DNA from: Octopus sinensis
Lineage: Eukaryota
DNA: 64,000 bases
Reading direction: 5' to 3'
Assembly: GCF_006345805.1 (NCBI RefSeq)
Contig: NC_043003.1
Span: forward strand, 7,874,001-7,938,000
Under the pieces are notes generated by a model that had not been told where the DNA came from, did not search any database, and was given only the letters and a program-made list of their open reading frames with translations. Made by a program: the position numbers and the translations under genes. Shown here piece by piece: positions 1-12,910 of this stretch. The stretch's first letter is position 1. Every line of letters starts with the position of its first letter.

Positions 1-319
1 CACATGACCACGTGTGTGCATATTTTCATTTATGTATATATATATATATAAAAAAATTATTTTCGAATTCTTTTCTTTTATGAGGTTTTCACGCTAACTA
101 CCCGATAATTTCTTGTTAAGATCCCTTATTAAGAGGTTATCCTTAATTGTTAAACTTATTCCGAAATACTTTTCATTACCCGACATGCAGTTCGTAAAAA
201 GCCCGCCATTTACCGGATATATGATTTATAAACATTCCATGTGCTTGGCCGGAGTGGGCAGTTGTCTGTTCGTCTTCGCTACGTAAGGTTGGTAGTTTAT
301 TTATGATGTGTTCAGAATC

Positions 320-377
320 AGTTCTGCTGAGGATCATAAGACGTAAGTTGAATGTGAAATCACGGTGATACAGAACT
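320..377 (+). ncRNA. Minimal type-I hammerhead ribozyme motif
   Basis: Stem I AGTTCTG(320-326)/CAGAACT(371-377); core CTGAGGA(327-333); stem II CAT..GAC-GTAA-GTT..ATG with a U.U first pair; GAAA(356-359); stem III ATCAC-G-GTGAT; AUA cleavage triplet ending at 370. Confidence 0.75.
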
Positions 378-534
378 AAATTCATTTTTTAAATGTCTTG
401 CTTTGAAAAACTGCATTTAGGTATGATTAGTATAATTTTGGTAGTAATGACTTTGTCCCTCTTAGTGTGAGGCATTTATGTGTAATAATGCCCTCTATAC
501 AATATAGATATATATATATATATATATATATACA

Positions 535-702
535 ATATACACGACGGACTTCGACACAGTTTCCATCTATTACTTTCACTGACAAGGTATTGGTTAACCC
601 ATGGTTATAGTAGAAGTCACTTGTCCAAGGTGCTGCATAGTGGAACTGAACCTGAAACCACATAGTTGTAAAGCGAAGTTCATAACGACGCAGCCATACC
701 TG
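535..702 (-). mobile_element. CORE-type tRNA-derived SINE, partial
   Basis: Reverse complement gives a head like ..GGCTGCGTCGTTATGAACTTCGC..GGTTTCAGGTTCAGTTCCACT and a CORE-like GCACCTTGGACAAGTGACTTCTACTATAACC; homologous to 59210-59659. Confidence 0.7.
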
Positions 703-1536
703 GACTTAGATTTTAGCAATTTATATTAATTCTAAAGGGATTTCAGATTACGTTGCCGTATGCCAAAAATGAAGACGCAATAGGCACTGACAGAATGTCG
801 GTCGGATGTTTTTCCTCCAATCGAATCATTTTTCCCAAAACATTCAAATGCGATCAGAGGATCAGAGGACAATAAACTTCACGGAACTTATGCGAAACGG
901 ATAACAAAATACCTATAAAGGTGAATATTTTAGGTTATAAAATATTCACAGAAATAGCTGTTAACAAGGCCACGTTAAAAATTTCCGGAAAAACATTAGA
1001 GAAAGTCATTATAGAAATAATCAGAATAATCACAGTAATAGTAGGAACTGCAATGAAAACAGGAAACACGGTTATTAGTTATTATTTCCTTTCTCAAAAT
1101 CGCAGGTCCGCACAGAATGCGTTTAATATTTCAAACCTGATGGAAAAAAAAATATGCAAAGTTATACATTTCAATATCAACGGCAACAAAGGCGCTTTTA
1201 TGGACTATAAGATTTTATCGCCACATTAGGCATCTGCATTGCAACATTTCATGGAAAATGTTAGCTGCCTCCATATAAAACGCCCCATATTCCAATTTAT
1301 ACTCAGATCAGGTTAGAAGAAACCAATTAAAATGATGCTAGTTGCATAACACATAAAACCTAGCTTCCAGTACAGATACACAAGTGTCATTCGCATATTA
1401 ATGAGATATGATGCTACATTAGCAGCGCAGGCTTTCCAAATAATAACCTACATAACAAAGTGCATTAATTAATAAAAGCACATACACAAGTATATACGCA
1501 TATGAGTGTGTGTTTCTGTAGACACACGCACATATA

Positions 1537-2824
1537 CAGGGTGTGCCAAAAAGATGTATTCACTCTTTGACTTCCCAGTACTCATGCATTTTGTGTTCAG
1601 GTAGATGTTTATTGATATACATACAATCCTAAAAAGTTAAATTAAATTCAGGAAAATAAATTGTTGTAGAAACGATTATTTATTGTCATTTAGAATTATT
1701 TAATGTTCTCTCTCGTTCCTGCGTGTTCGCAAATGTTCAAACTGCCTTCCTTCATTTTCCAAACAAAGCTGATAACGTCCAACAATGGATTCGACAACAT
1801 TGCCAGACATTTCATTTAGAATTGCAAGGCATCGTATTCGAATTTCATTTTTCAAACCATCAATTGTCACCGGTTTTGCAGCGTAAACCTTATCTTTGAG
1901 ATGTCCCCAGGAAATTCAACGCCACCTCTCCTCCCAATCCATTTGTTTGGATTTGTTGCATCGAGATAAGCCCGTACATCCGATGGTAGTGAGGAGGAGC
2001 TCCATCTTGCTGGAAGTAAATCTACTCGTCTCCAAACATCTCTTCAATTCGTGGACCGACATTTGCTATCAGTAAGTTTAAGTAAACTGGGCCACTGACA
2101 GTTTGATAAAAAAAAAATGGTCCAACGATACACAATGTTGACATCCAACACCTCACTGTAATCCCTGGTAAGTTCAGATGGTGTTCCATAGTAAAATGTT
2201 GATTTTCACGGGGTCATTATGTGCAATTATATCGGTAGACTGAACCATTTAATTTGAAGGTGGCCTCATCACACCGTAAGATTTTCTCTGGAAACGTTGT
2301 ATCCTCTGCGAATTTGTTCAGATACTATTCACAAAACTGAACTCTCCGATCAAAATCATCTTCATAGAGGGCTTGAACAACTTTTTCAATGAGCTCGTTT
2401 CAACATCCGATGAACACTCGATTTTGGGATCCTACCTCACGACTCAATCGTCTTACGGATTTCTTTGGGGATCGCGAAAGGGTTTCCATTAATTGGTTGT
2501 GTCTATAGGGGCTGGTGGATGGTTGAGGTCTTCCAGAGCGTTGCTTACTAACGTTCTGAACACCTCCGTATGCTTCAAATTTATCGCTGATGCGAGCAAT
2601 AGTGTGTCGTGTTGGTGGTGTCTTCTGAAACTGTCTCTTAAATTGTCTTTGCACTTCCGTAACATTTTCGTGCTTCCAGTAGCACTTTAATATAATTCTT
2701 TTTTTTTTCCTCAAACGTTAGTTGTGCATTTGCCATTGTGAAGGGCTGGTTGCGTCTGAAATAAAAAGAAACAATACATTAGTAATCGACTGTCAAAGAG
2801 TGAGTACATCTTTTGGGGATACCC

Positions 2825-2826
<2 letters not shown>
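1537..2826 (-). mobile_element. Tc1/mariner-superfamily DNA transposon (maT/DD37D-like), full TIR-to-TIR copy
   Basis: Imperfect TIRs CAGGGTGTGCCAAAAAGATGTATTCACTCTTTGAC (1537) and GTCAAAGAGTGAGTACATCTTTTGGGGATACCCTC (ending 2826); TA at 1535-1536 and 2827-2828; ~1.29 kb. Confidence 0.9.
1700..2736 (-). pseudogene. Frameshifted mariner-type transposase
   Basis: N-terminus MANAQLTFE(E)KKRIILKCYWKHENVTEVQRQF..HTIARISDKFE..SGRP (HTH); C-terminus ..LKDKVYAAKPVTIDGLKNEI..GRQFEHL, typical of the mariner GGxFEHL end; several frameshifts. Confidence 0.85.
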
Positions 2827-2875
<49 letters not shown>

Positions 2876-3076
2876 CCTTTTGTATTTGATTTGCAAAATT
2901 CTTGATGTGAATACGTATTGAAACAGATTTTGTTCAATTTCGGGAGGTTTATTATGTCAATAATGAATACACGCTCTGGCTCTTTTTCACTTCAATTTTT
3001 ATTTCTTAATTGTTTATCTATTTAACCAATAAACTAATCGATTATTTTATTAATCACTCGATTAATCAAACAACTA

Positions 3077-3130
3077 GTTATGTTTCTCAAAGTCCTTTCG
3101 TCGCCATCGTTACCTCTTCAGTAACATAAC
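3077..3130 (-). ncRNA. Decayed hammerhead-like motif
   Basis: CTGAAGA(3121-3115), extra G, GTAAC-GATG-GCGAC (3 of 5 pairs), GAAA, AG-GA-CT+T; stem I weak or register-shifted (GTTATGTT/AACATAAC). Confidence 0.35.
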
Positions 3131-3797
3131 CTTTCTACTCCAATTGAGCTTCAGGTCTGCCTCGGCAGTCCTAAAGCTCACCTGTCTACGTGAGTGCGCG
3201 ACTTTGCGTCTGTGTTTCTTAGTCTGTATCGCTTGGCAACTGCTGTTGGCTTATTTACACCCCTATCACTTAGCAGTTCGGTAAAAGACACAGATAAGCC
3301 AAGTGCCAAACTTAAATAAAACAGCAAAATTTGTTCTAGGGATGATTTGTTGAGAGTGCTCCAGCATGGCCGTAATCCATTGACCAAGGTCAATTTGCTG
3401 GTCTACACCCTTCGAGGTGGTGCCCTAACATGGCTGAACTTCATTGACTGGTAAACGGAAAAAAAAAAGATTTAAAAAATTCAACGCCACCACAAGCAAC
3501 AACGAAAAACTGCAGTACCTGCATTCAACTAAATAATTATAGACGCATTGAAAAATTCCCTGGCAAATTTAACAAATATTTTGGAACGAAAATATCCACC
3601 AGAAATAACCAGCCTCATGGAAATAAAAGAAAAATGCTGAACTAATCTCTACCGCAGTAAATTAATATGATACACAGCCGAAATAACATTCAGTATCAGC
3701 CAATTAAACAAAGAAATAGAAATATACACACCAAACTGGCAAACATTTGTATCTAACAAAAAACAAGGCAAACTGTGGCACACGTCATAAAGTAATT

Positions 3798-4386
3798 AAT
3801 TCTTTCTAATTTTGGTACAATGCCAGCAATTTCGAGAGGAAGTGGAAGCCGATTGCGTCAATTCTAGGAGGAGAGTTTGTTTTACCGACCTTGAACAGAG
3901 GAAAGGTCACTTAGATCTCCATGGAATTTGAACGTAGAAGAAGAAGTATCGAAAGAAATGCTGCTAAGCATTTGATCCGCTATGCTAACGCTCCTGCTAC
4001 ATAAAGTAATTAATGGTTTCTAATTTGGGCATATGACTAGCTGGGTTTAGAAGGGTGGGGTAAGTTGATTACATTGATCCTGGGCTCAACTGGTACTTGT
4101 TTTTATTTATTTTTTACCCCAAAAGGATGAAAGGCTTATTCGACCTCGATGGAATTTGAACTCAGAACGTAAAGACAGACGAAATTCCTATTTCTTTACT
4201 ACCCACAAACAAGGACAGACAGACAGATTAAGTCGATTATATCGACCCCAGTGCGTAACTGATACTTATTTAATCGACCCTGAAAGGATGAAAGGCAAAG
4301 TCGACCTCGGTGGAATTTGAACTCAGAACGTAGCGGCAGACGAAATGCCGCTAAGTATTTTGTCAGTCGTGCCAGCTTCCCGTCCA
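3798..4386 (-). mobile_element. Chain of octopus SINE family A copies (GGCGGCGAGCTGGCAGAA head, CCTTTCGGGGTCGAT core)
   Basis: Repeated TCGACCC(C)GAAAGGATGAAAGGCAAAGTCGACCTCGG(C/T)GGAATTTGAACTCAGAACGTA blocks. Confidence 0.8.
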
Positions 4387-4974
4387 ACTATATAAAGAAA
4401 TTAAAAGCATCATTAGCTACAACGTGAAAGCGTGTGGCCTGGTGGTTAGGATGTTGCGCTCGCGGTTGCAAGAACAGGGTTTCGGACCCCGGACCCAGCG
4501 TTGGGTTTTCGAGCAAAATATTTTTTTCACGTGACTTTATTTCATTTAGCTGTATACGAGAATTTCTGCGCCGGACTGGCGTCCCGTTCAGTGGCAATGT
4601 TATGATCTTGGTCACTTTGGCACCATGGAAACCGGGTAACAAGTCCTTAAGTATCATAGGGTCCGAGACAGTGATGTGCAGGAATTACCTTTACTTCACC
4701 ACAAACAACAGCAGTCAGAAGGCTTGCGCGTCTGGAAGAAGGCTTGCTCGTCGGACACGATGCTTGGCAATATTTCTTCCGGCTCATTACGTCATGAATT
4801 CATAAACCAGTGAGGTCTATTTTGCCTTTCGTCCTTCCAGGGTTGATAAAATAAGCATGAATTGAGCATTCACAAAATGTGGCCTACTTGGCACCTTCGC
4901 GATCGGAAAAGGGGTGACAGTCTCCTTCCTCTGTTTACAGTTGAAGACTAATTGTATGTATATCTTTCATTTTC

Positions 4975-5572
4975 TCCTTGTTTCAGGCACTACGTTGCGG
5001 CCATACCGAGGCACCGCCTTGAAGAATTTTAGTCGAACGCATCAACTTCAGGACTTATTTTTTAGAAGCCTGGTCTCTTCTAAAGGTCTTTTCTGCCGAA
5101 CTGCTAAGCTACGGGGACGTAAACAGCAACACCGGTTGCCGAGCGGTGACGGAGAAGAAACACAAACACATATGCACACGCACATACACACACAAGCACA
5201 CAAACACACACACACACATCTATGTATATATATATATATATGTACTCACAAACACACATATATATATATGTATACATACATACATACATACATACATACA
5301 TACATACATACATACATACATACACACATACATACATACACACACATATACATACATACATACATACATACATACATACATACATACATACATACATACA
5401 TACATACATACATACATACATACATACATACATACGACGGGCTTCTTTTAATTTCCGTCTAAGAAATCTACTCACAAGGCTTTGATTGGTCCAGGGCTAT
5501 ACACCCAAAAGGATTGAACCAAGAACCATGTCGTTAGGAAGCAAGCCCCTTACCACACAGCCACGCCTGCGC
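4975..5572 (-). mobile_element. CORE-type SINE with internal (CATA)n expansion
   Basis: Homologous to 59210-59659; (ACAT)n at ~5270-5433. Confidence 0.8.
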
Positions 5573-6050
5573 GATGCTTTTGGTAATGAAAGAATCTACG
5601 CGTCTTTGGCAGAACTTTTCTTCGTGAAGCATTAATATTCCATGAAGTTGCTGCAAATTAACATATTTCATATTTATCTTACTCTTTTTATCTCCGCCCG
5701 AAGTTTCATCGGAAACTTATTCCACTCTCCTCCTCTGAAAAAGAGAAAAACCAAACGACTCATAAAGAAATATTAATGTCATGGAAAAAGTTGCAACCGA
5801 AGCTCTTTCACTGACATCCATTGAAGCATAAAATTATTGGAACTATTCCAGGCTTTATTTTTCACTGCATTACGCTATTATGCTACAATATACGCAACCT
5901 CTCTGCAGGTACACTATTTTATACATCACCAGGACGTAATTTCATTGCTATATAAAACCACCTGACATTAAAACCACATTATTGCATCTCAGGGAAGTCA
6001 CGCTCCAGCTGTCTTATATAACTCTATGTCACAAATGCTCTTTTAAATAG

Positions 6051-6705
6051 TATTGGCTTCAAATTTTGGCACAAAGATTGCAAGTTCCGGAGAGGGAGTA
6101 AGTGGATTACATCCACCCCCACTTCTCATCTGGTACTTATTTTATCGATCTCGATAGGATGAAAGACAAAGTCAGCCTCAGTGGAATTTGAACGCAAAAC
6201 ATAAAAACGACCGAAAAATTGCTTAGCATTTTGCCCGGCGTGTTAACGGTTCTACCAGATTGTCACCTTAAATTGCTGCAACAATAATCGTTTCTAAGGT
6301 AAACACAAATCCTAAAATATGGGTTGTGGGGTTCGTCGATTACCCACCACTAGTCTTTGACTGGCACTTTACTTTAACGATCACAGGAGGATGATAAGCA
6401 AAGCCGTATTTGAGATTGGCACGTAAAGAGTTGTCAGAAAACCCGCGCTAACAATTCTGGCTTCTCGTCACTTTTAAGGTTTTCAGATTTTGGCACACGA
6501 AAAGCAATTCTTTGTGGTGTGGGGTAAAGAGGTACTCGAATTTATCGACCACAGTTTTTAACTGATAATTTATTTCATCGACTTTGAAAGACTGAAAAGC
6601 AAAGCCGGCCTCCGTAGGATTTGAACTCAGAAGGAAAAAAATTAGGAATGAGGGCTACAGAATATTTTGTCCGATGCGCTGTCCATTTTGCCAATTCCTC
6701 CCCGT
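6051..6705 (-). mobile_element. Three degenerate SINE family A copies
   Basis: Family A core motifs at ~6140-6200, ~6370-6420 and ~6570-6630. Confidence 0.65.
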
Positions 6706-6744
6706 TGCTAACATAATCTTTATGTTTTTTTTTTCTTTTCATTC

Positions 6745-6952
6745 TTACTCCTTATCAGTCATTAGGCTGCGGCCATGCTGGGGTACTGCCTTGAGGACTT
6801 TTTAGTTGAACGAATCGACCCAGCACTTACATCTTTTATAAGCCAGATATTTATTCTATCGGACTCTTCTGACGAATCGCTAAGTTACAGGGAAGTAAAG
6901 ACCGGTTGTCAAGCGGCGTAGGTGTCAAACACAGACGCAAAGACACGCATAT

Positions 6953-6989
<37 letters not shown>

Positions 6990-7150
6990 GACGGACTTCT
7001 TTCAGTTCCGTCCACCAAATTCACTGACAAGGTTTTGGGTCTACCTGAGGCTACGGTAGAAGACACTTGCCCATGTTGCCATACCGTGGGACTGCCTCCA
7101 GAACCATTGTGGTAAGGAAACAGGATTATTACCACACAGCACTCCTGCGC
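6745..7150 (-). mobile_element. CORE-type SINE
   Basis: GCGGCCATGCTGGGG tail region, internal (TA)n, GTAGAAGACACTTGCCC CORE-like block. Confidence 0.8.
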
Positions 7151-7694
7151 ATCTGATAAATAATTTCTTTCAACATGGCCGACAACCGTATACCACCCTG
7201 ATATTTCAGATCGCGATAGTCACCCTGTATGTATTAAGACGCCTTTTTTTTTTAATTTCTGAAAATATAATGGGTTCTTACACGTAGGAACTTCACTTGC
7301 TCTTGAAGAAGACATTTATGTCACTGAATTGCTTCCATCTTCTAAATCCGAAAAACACTTTTAACTTTGTAAAGAAACCAATGACAACGCCGAAGATATA
7401 TTATTTGAGACGCATTACAATAAACGACATGAAAGCAGAATATATTTGTGTGATGCTCAAGTTGATTTCAACATGCACACAGCACCAGGGGTAATGTGAG
7501 TATTAATTCTAACTGAGAATCGAAACCGGATTGTTTTCGAAGTGAGCTTACTCTTGATCTGCACACTATACAGAAAAACGTAAAAACTGCTTTCATATAT
7601 ATATATAATATAAATTATAAGGGGTAGAAATTGATATTTATCAAATAAGACCAGTGGTCTACATATTAAAAAAGAATCCGAAGATTAAATATTT

Positions 7695-8068
7695 ATATAT
7701 ACCAATAAGGACTGAACACGAAAAGTGGACAGTCAACATGCTAGTATAGACGTCAAATCGCCATTCACCACAAAAGATTATGTTCTCAGATCAAACTCAA
7801 CACAAAACCATAGCAATAAACAAGTGAAAAATATACGAAATAAAATAATTACCCATAATTACCCATGTACTAAATTAGTTTCAGAAAACAGCTGAAACTA
7901 ATTTGTACATGGGTAATTATTTATTTCGTATATTTTCACTTGTTTATTGCTATGGTTTTGTGTGAGTTGATCTGAGAACATAATCTTTTGTGGTGAATGG
8001 CGATTTGACGTCTATATCTAGCATGTTGACTGTCCACTTTCGTGTTTCAGTCCGTAATTGGTATATAT
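7695..8068. repeat. Long near-perfect palindrome (~180 bp arms, 7-nt loop)
   Basis: ACCAATAAGGACTGAACACGAAAAGTGGACAGTC.. is mirrored by ..GACTGTCCACTTTCGTGTTTCAGTCCGTAATTGGT; centre TTTCAG-AAAACAG-CTGAAA at 7879-7897. Confidence 0.95.
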
Positions 8069-8097
8069 ATTATATATATATATATATAATATATATA

Positions 8098-8169
<72 letters not shown>

Positions 8170-8202
8170 TGTGTGTGTATGTATGTGTGTGTATGTACAT
8201 GT

Positions 8203-8243
<41 letters not shown>

Positions 8244-8908
8244 TATATACATATATATATGTATTTATGTATGTATCTTTATAAATATATAAATATATAT
8301 ATATACATATATGTATGTATTTATGTATGTATCTTTATAAATATATAAATATATATATATACATATATGTATGTATCATTATAAATATATATATATTATA
8401 TATATATATTATATATATATACTCTGTGTGTGTGTATTTGTGTGCTTATGTGTGTGCTTGTGTGTGTCCCTGTGTGTGTGTGCTTATGCGTGTGTAAGAT
8501 TCTTATTGGACAAATAGAGACCTATGACATTCTCCCTCGAGGGCAATCATTGCCAAACTATGACCTTGGCAAGGAATCATCTAAAATTTATAGTCAATTC
8601 AATAATTCCACTCGATGAACGAATGGAAATCGATTCTAAAATTAGATAATAAAAGGTTATATATAGAAATTTCGAAACTCTGTTATTATGCTGCAATTGC
8701 TGCAGGTGAAATACAGACAATGGACGGCATGGAAGAGAGAAGAAATGAAAGAAAGCTAGAAAGGTGATCGATATAATTGTAGATTATGATTTCCTGATGA
8801 AAATGTTTTCATGAAATGCTAAAATTACGCTGCTTTATTACGAAATGTAATTCGTGTTTGAGTAACTTTCTCTCTGTGTGTAAGTGTGTGCGTGTGTGTG
8901 TGTGGTGT

Positions 8909-8942
<34 letters not shown>

Positions 8943-9440
8943 AGCTAAATATGTATTCAGGCTTAGGCATATGTGCAGAATAGATGCTGATCTATGCAAG
9001 AAACATATGCATGTGTCTGTATGGCCTCGTATTCATATATTTCTACAAACACTCTCTTTCTCTTTCTCTATGATTCTCTCTCGTTCTCCATCTCTCTTTC
9101 TCTCTCTCTCTCTGTATATATATATATGTATGTATAAGGAAACTTGCGTATACATACTCATGTATGCATACATACAGGCGTACGTACACATACATCCGTA
9201 CATACATACATACATACATACATACATACATACATACATACATACATACATACATACATACATGCATACATACATATATACATACATACATACATATATT
9301 CATGCTTACGTACGTACATATTTGTATATGTAATAGGAAGACTCTTACGGGATCCAGCTCATAATTCCACACTTACATAAACTTTTGTAAATTTTAAGAT
9401 TCACCACACACACACACACATATATCTATATATATATAAT

Positions 9441-9537
<97 letters not shown>

Positions 9538-9587
9538 CTATATATATATATTATATATATACACACACATATATATATATATACATA

Positions 9588-9692
9588 GACGTAAGCGCGG
9601 CTGTGTGGTGAGAAGCTTGCTTACCAACCACATGGTTATGGGTTCAGTTCCACTGCGTGGCACCTTGGGCAAGTGTCTTCTACTATAGCCAC
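9588..9692 (+). mobile_element. CORE-type SINE 5' half
   Basis: GGCTGTGTGGTGAGAAGCTTGCTTACCAACCACATGG..GGCACCTTGGGCAAGTGTCTTCTACTATAGCC. Confidence 0.85.
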
Positions 9693-11340
9693 GGAGAGGA
9701 CGATGTCTAATGGACCTTAGACTATTGCAGTACCTGGTCCTGGATTTAGATGGAGTGGGTTACACTTTTCGTACAATAAATGGCAGCCAGTTCTGGCATT
9801 TGTCTAACACTCAATGCCGAAATTAGGTACTAGCATCTCTAGAATTTTCCATATGTAGATTATTACAAATCTCTCACGCATTCGCTCCAGGAAATAAAGC
9901 TGTAGTTTTCTCAGCCTATCCCTGTAGCTCATCTGCATCACTGTTTCAATCTTTTAAGTGCAGTGGCGCTGGACTGCCTCAAGCTCTGCTGTTAGTTTGG
10001 CACTATGTGATGACCATAACTGGGAACAGTAGTCCAGGCAGCTGAGAACAAAAGTTTTCCACAGGGTCAACATAATTTCTTGGCCCCTTGTCTGGAAGAA
10101 CCTCAGTATCCATCCTGCCAGTTGTCTGCACTTTTTCTGACATCTTGGCAATATACATATACAATGATGCGTCATTGCACATATTGATCTCCAAGTCTTT
10201 CACTGCCTGTGACCCCGGGATTGTAGTGCCTTTAAGTCCTGTATGTGCAGGCTATAGTGCATTCGTGAGTTGATAGTGCAGTGTTTCAAATTTTCCAGCA
10301 TTAAACTGCACGCTGTTTATTTCGGCCCACTTATGTATCGAATTTAGGTCCTGTTGTAAGCTTGCGATATCATCTTGGATTTTTATTGCCTGTGATAATC
10401 TTGTACCATCAGCATGGCTATTATGAACAGTAATGGTCCCAGAACAGTTCCCTGGAGGATACCACTTGGGATTTGAGTTTCCCCGGAGATGGCACCATTG
10501 TCTGCAACTACCTAACTTCTTAAGGAAGTCATGCAGCCACCCTCCCAGTTTATCAGCAATGCCAAGGTCTCGTAGCTTATGACGTATCATGCCATGATTT
10601 ACCTTATCAAATGCCTTTGCAAAGTCAAGGTACATCACACTGACGTCTGAATGGTCAAGCAGCTGTTTCAAAACACAATCATATTGCTGTGTGAGGCAAC
10701 TTCTTCCTGGACGGAAGCCATACTGTATATTGTTCAGTAAGTCATTTTCTTCTAGGAACATTATCAACTTCTTTCTGATGATTCGTTCCATGACTTTACT
10801 GATATGTGAGGTCAGACGGATTAGCTTTTAGTTTTTGGCCTCTGCTCTGCTTCCACCTGTGTAGATAGGGCATATAACGCCTTCTTTCAGCTTTTTAGAA
10901 AGTATACCATTTGCAAGGATATTTAGGAAAAGTATCTGAAGTGGTTTCGCTAAAGTCTGCTTACACGACTAGGAGAACAGCTGGAAGGCCATCAGAACCA
11001 GTGGCGGAGCATGAGCTCATTTCATCTATGGCCGCTGTTACATCTGTCTCCTCAATGTTGATGAAATCAATGGCTGGCGCCTCCTTTCTTAGAGATACAA
11101 TGATAATTGAATTCAGCTGGATTTTTTTATCTCCATGTGTCCAAGATGCAGAGTGAAGACACTTTTAAATTGTTCACTGAATATCTCACTTATCCTTCTT
11201 ACACACACACATTCATATAATTTCTCAAATCGCTATTTTCCTCGATCAGTCACAATAGCCTTGGCATGCCATTGGCAGTGGGTGCTTTGCCTCTGAAAAA
11301 GCCAAACGCGGCAGAAGTGAGCATCCAGAATCATCATCGC
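9693..11340 (-). mobile_element. Decayed CR1/L2-group LINE (RT region)
   Basis: RT motifs QYGFRPGRSCLTQ and YLDFAKAFDKVNHG; C-terminal LWKTFVLSCLDYCSQLWS and YIWKILEMLVPNFGIEC; many frameshifts. Confidence 0.85.
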
Positions 11341-11466
11341 TGATGTTGGACGTAATTCGTTATGTGTGTGTGTGTGTATGGTTGTGTGCACATGTATGTG
11401 TCTGTGTGCGTGTATCTATGTGTATGTGTGTGTGTGTGTGCGCGCGTGTGCATATATATATATGTG

Positions 11467-11521
<55 letters not shown>

Positions 11522-12118
11522 TATAGATTCACTTTAACCGACCTTTATATATTTAGATATGTATACACACATATGTATCTCTCTCTATATATATGCATAT
11601 GAGAGCATTTATGAGTGTATATATGAATATATACATATGTATTTGTATATATATGTATATGTATGTACATATATGCATATATAAATATATGTATGTGTGT
11701 GTATATATATATACATATATACATGCATACATATATATATATACATACAAATACAGATATGTGTGTATACACACACACACACACACCACACACACACATA
11801 TATATATATATATAAGCACTGGCTCTTTACTAAATGCGTGATCCAACCAGCCGTGCGTGTCATGTGCTTTTAGCATCGGATTACCCAATAATCCGGACGT
11901 ATTTAAGCTATTGGCTTCCATACTTACGCTAAACGGTTCTTGCAAAGAAGGAATTAATATCGAAAATGACGCTACGGCTATTATCAGAATCGCAAGCATT
12001 TGTATACATGTTGTGCATGAAATGTGGTGTTGTTAGCTCTGGGCTTAGAACACTAATTACTTTCGACCAAACTATTGCCTGTTGGCGGCTTACATTGTTT
12101 TCCTAATTGTATAATCAT

Positions 12119-12262
12119 GGAGGCGCAATGGCCCAGTGGTTAGGGTAGCGGACTCGCGGTCGTAGGATCACGGTTTCGATTACCAGGCCGGGCGCTGTGA
12201 GTGTTTACTGAGAACGAATCAAATTGAGCTGGCATGTATGTATTGAAGTGAAAACCTAAAGG
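12119..12262 (+). mobile_element. tRNA-derived SINE (family C, OR-like) 5' part
   Basis: GGAGGCGCAATGGCCCAGTGGTTAGGGTAGCGGACTCGCGGTCGTAGGATCACGGTTTCGATT head with pol III A/B boxes. Confidence 0.85.
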
Positions 12263-12598
12263 TAGGAACATGGGAGATAAACACAAGACGTGTTGACGGT
12301 CGGCAGTCAGGCCAAGAAAGAAAGATCATGGCTGGCCGGACACCGGTCACGTGAAGGGAGGAGAGATGGGTAGGGGACAGTGGGATTGAAGGATTAGACA
12401 AAAAATCAGAGACGAAGAGAAAGGTACAGGGGAGATAAACGAGTGGGAAATAGTGGGAGTGAAAGAAAGAGAGGGTCAAGAAATGTGAGAGAGGGGACGC
12501 GAGAAAATGAGAGGGTGGAATAAAAGATAGAGTTAGAGTCGTACAAAACATAGATACATACCTACTACATGATGAGCACAAGGGTGTACGTACGACGC

Positions 12599-12634
<36 letters not shown>

Positions 12635-12692
12635 ATATATGGAACAAAAACGCAATAGAGGCTTTAAAACGTTCGGACAGATAGATGATACA

Positions 12693-12910
12693 AAGGCGGT
12701 GGAGGGTAAACTGGCAGAATCGTCAGCGCGTCGAACAAAAATGCTGAGTGGCGTTTCTTTCAGTTCATTACATTCTGAGCTGAAATACCGTTGAGGTTCA
12801 CTTAGTCTTGCATGCTTCTGGGGTTGATAAAATAAGTACCAGTAAAACCTTAGGGTCGATGTAATCGAATTCCCTGTTCCCTTATTTTTGCTGTCATTGA
12901 TCCAAAATTA
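12693..12910 (+). mobile_element. SINE family A, degenerate
   Basis: AAACTGGCAGAATCGTCAGC..GGGGTTGATAAAATAAGTACCAGT. Confidence 0.7.

Noticed and set aside
921-1229. 102-aa ORF and a possible minus-strand acceptor (TTTCCTGTTTTCATTGCAG) followed by a short hydrophobic frame
   Set aside because: No recognisable domain or partner exon; cannot be supported without transcripts.
3470-3790. Possible Penelope ORF N-terminal remnant (also 63400-63640)
   Set aside because: Only a vague resemblance, with no RT or GIY-YIG motif visible; would need tBLASTx.
8700-8770. Possible exon after CTGCAG
   Set aside because: Short, no identifiable homology, weak donor.
8788-8826. CTGATGA..ATG-TTTT-CAT-GAAA hammerhead-like string
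   Set aside because: Two extra bases after the core, only a 3-bp stem II, and mismatched stems I and III; plausible by chance in AT-rich DNA.
12572-12600. ATGATGA-GCAC-AAGG-GTGT motif
   Set aside because: No GAAA and no stem I.
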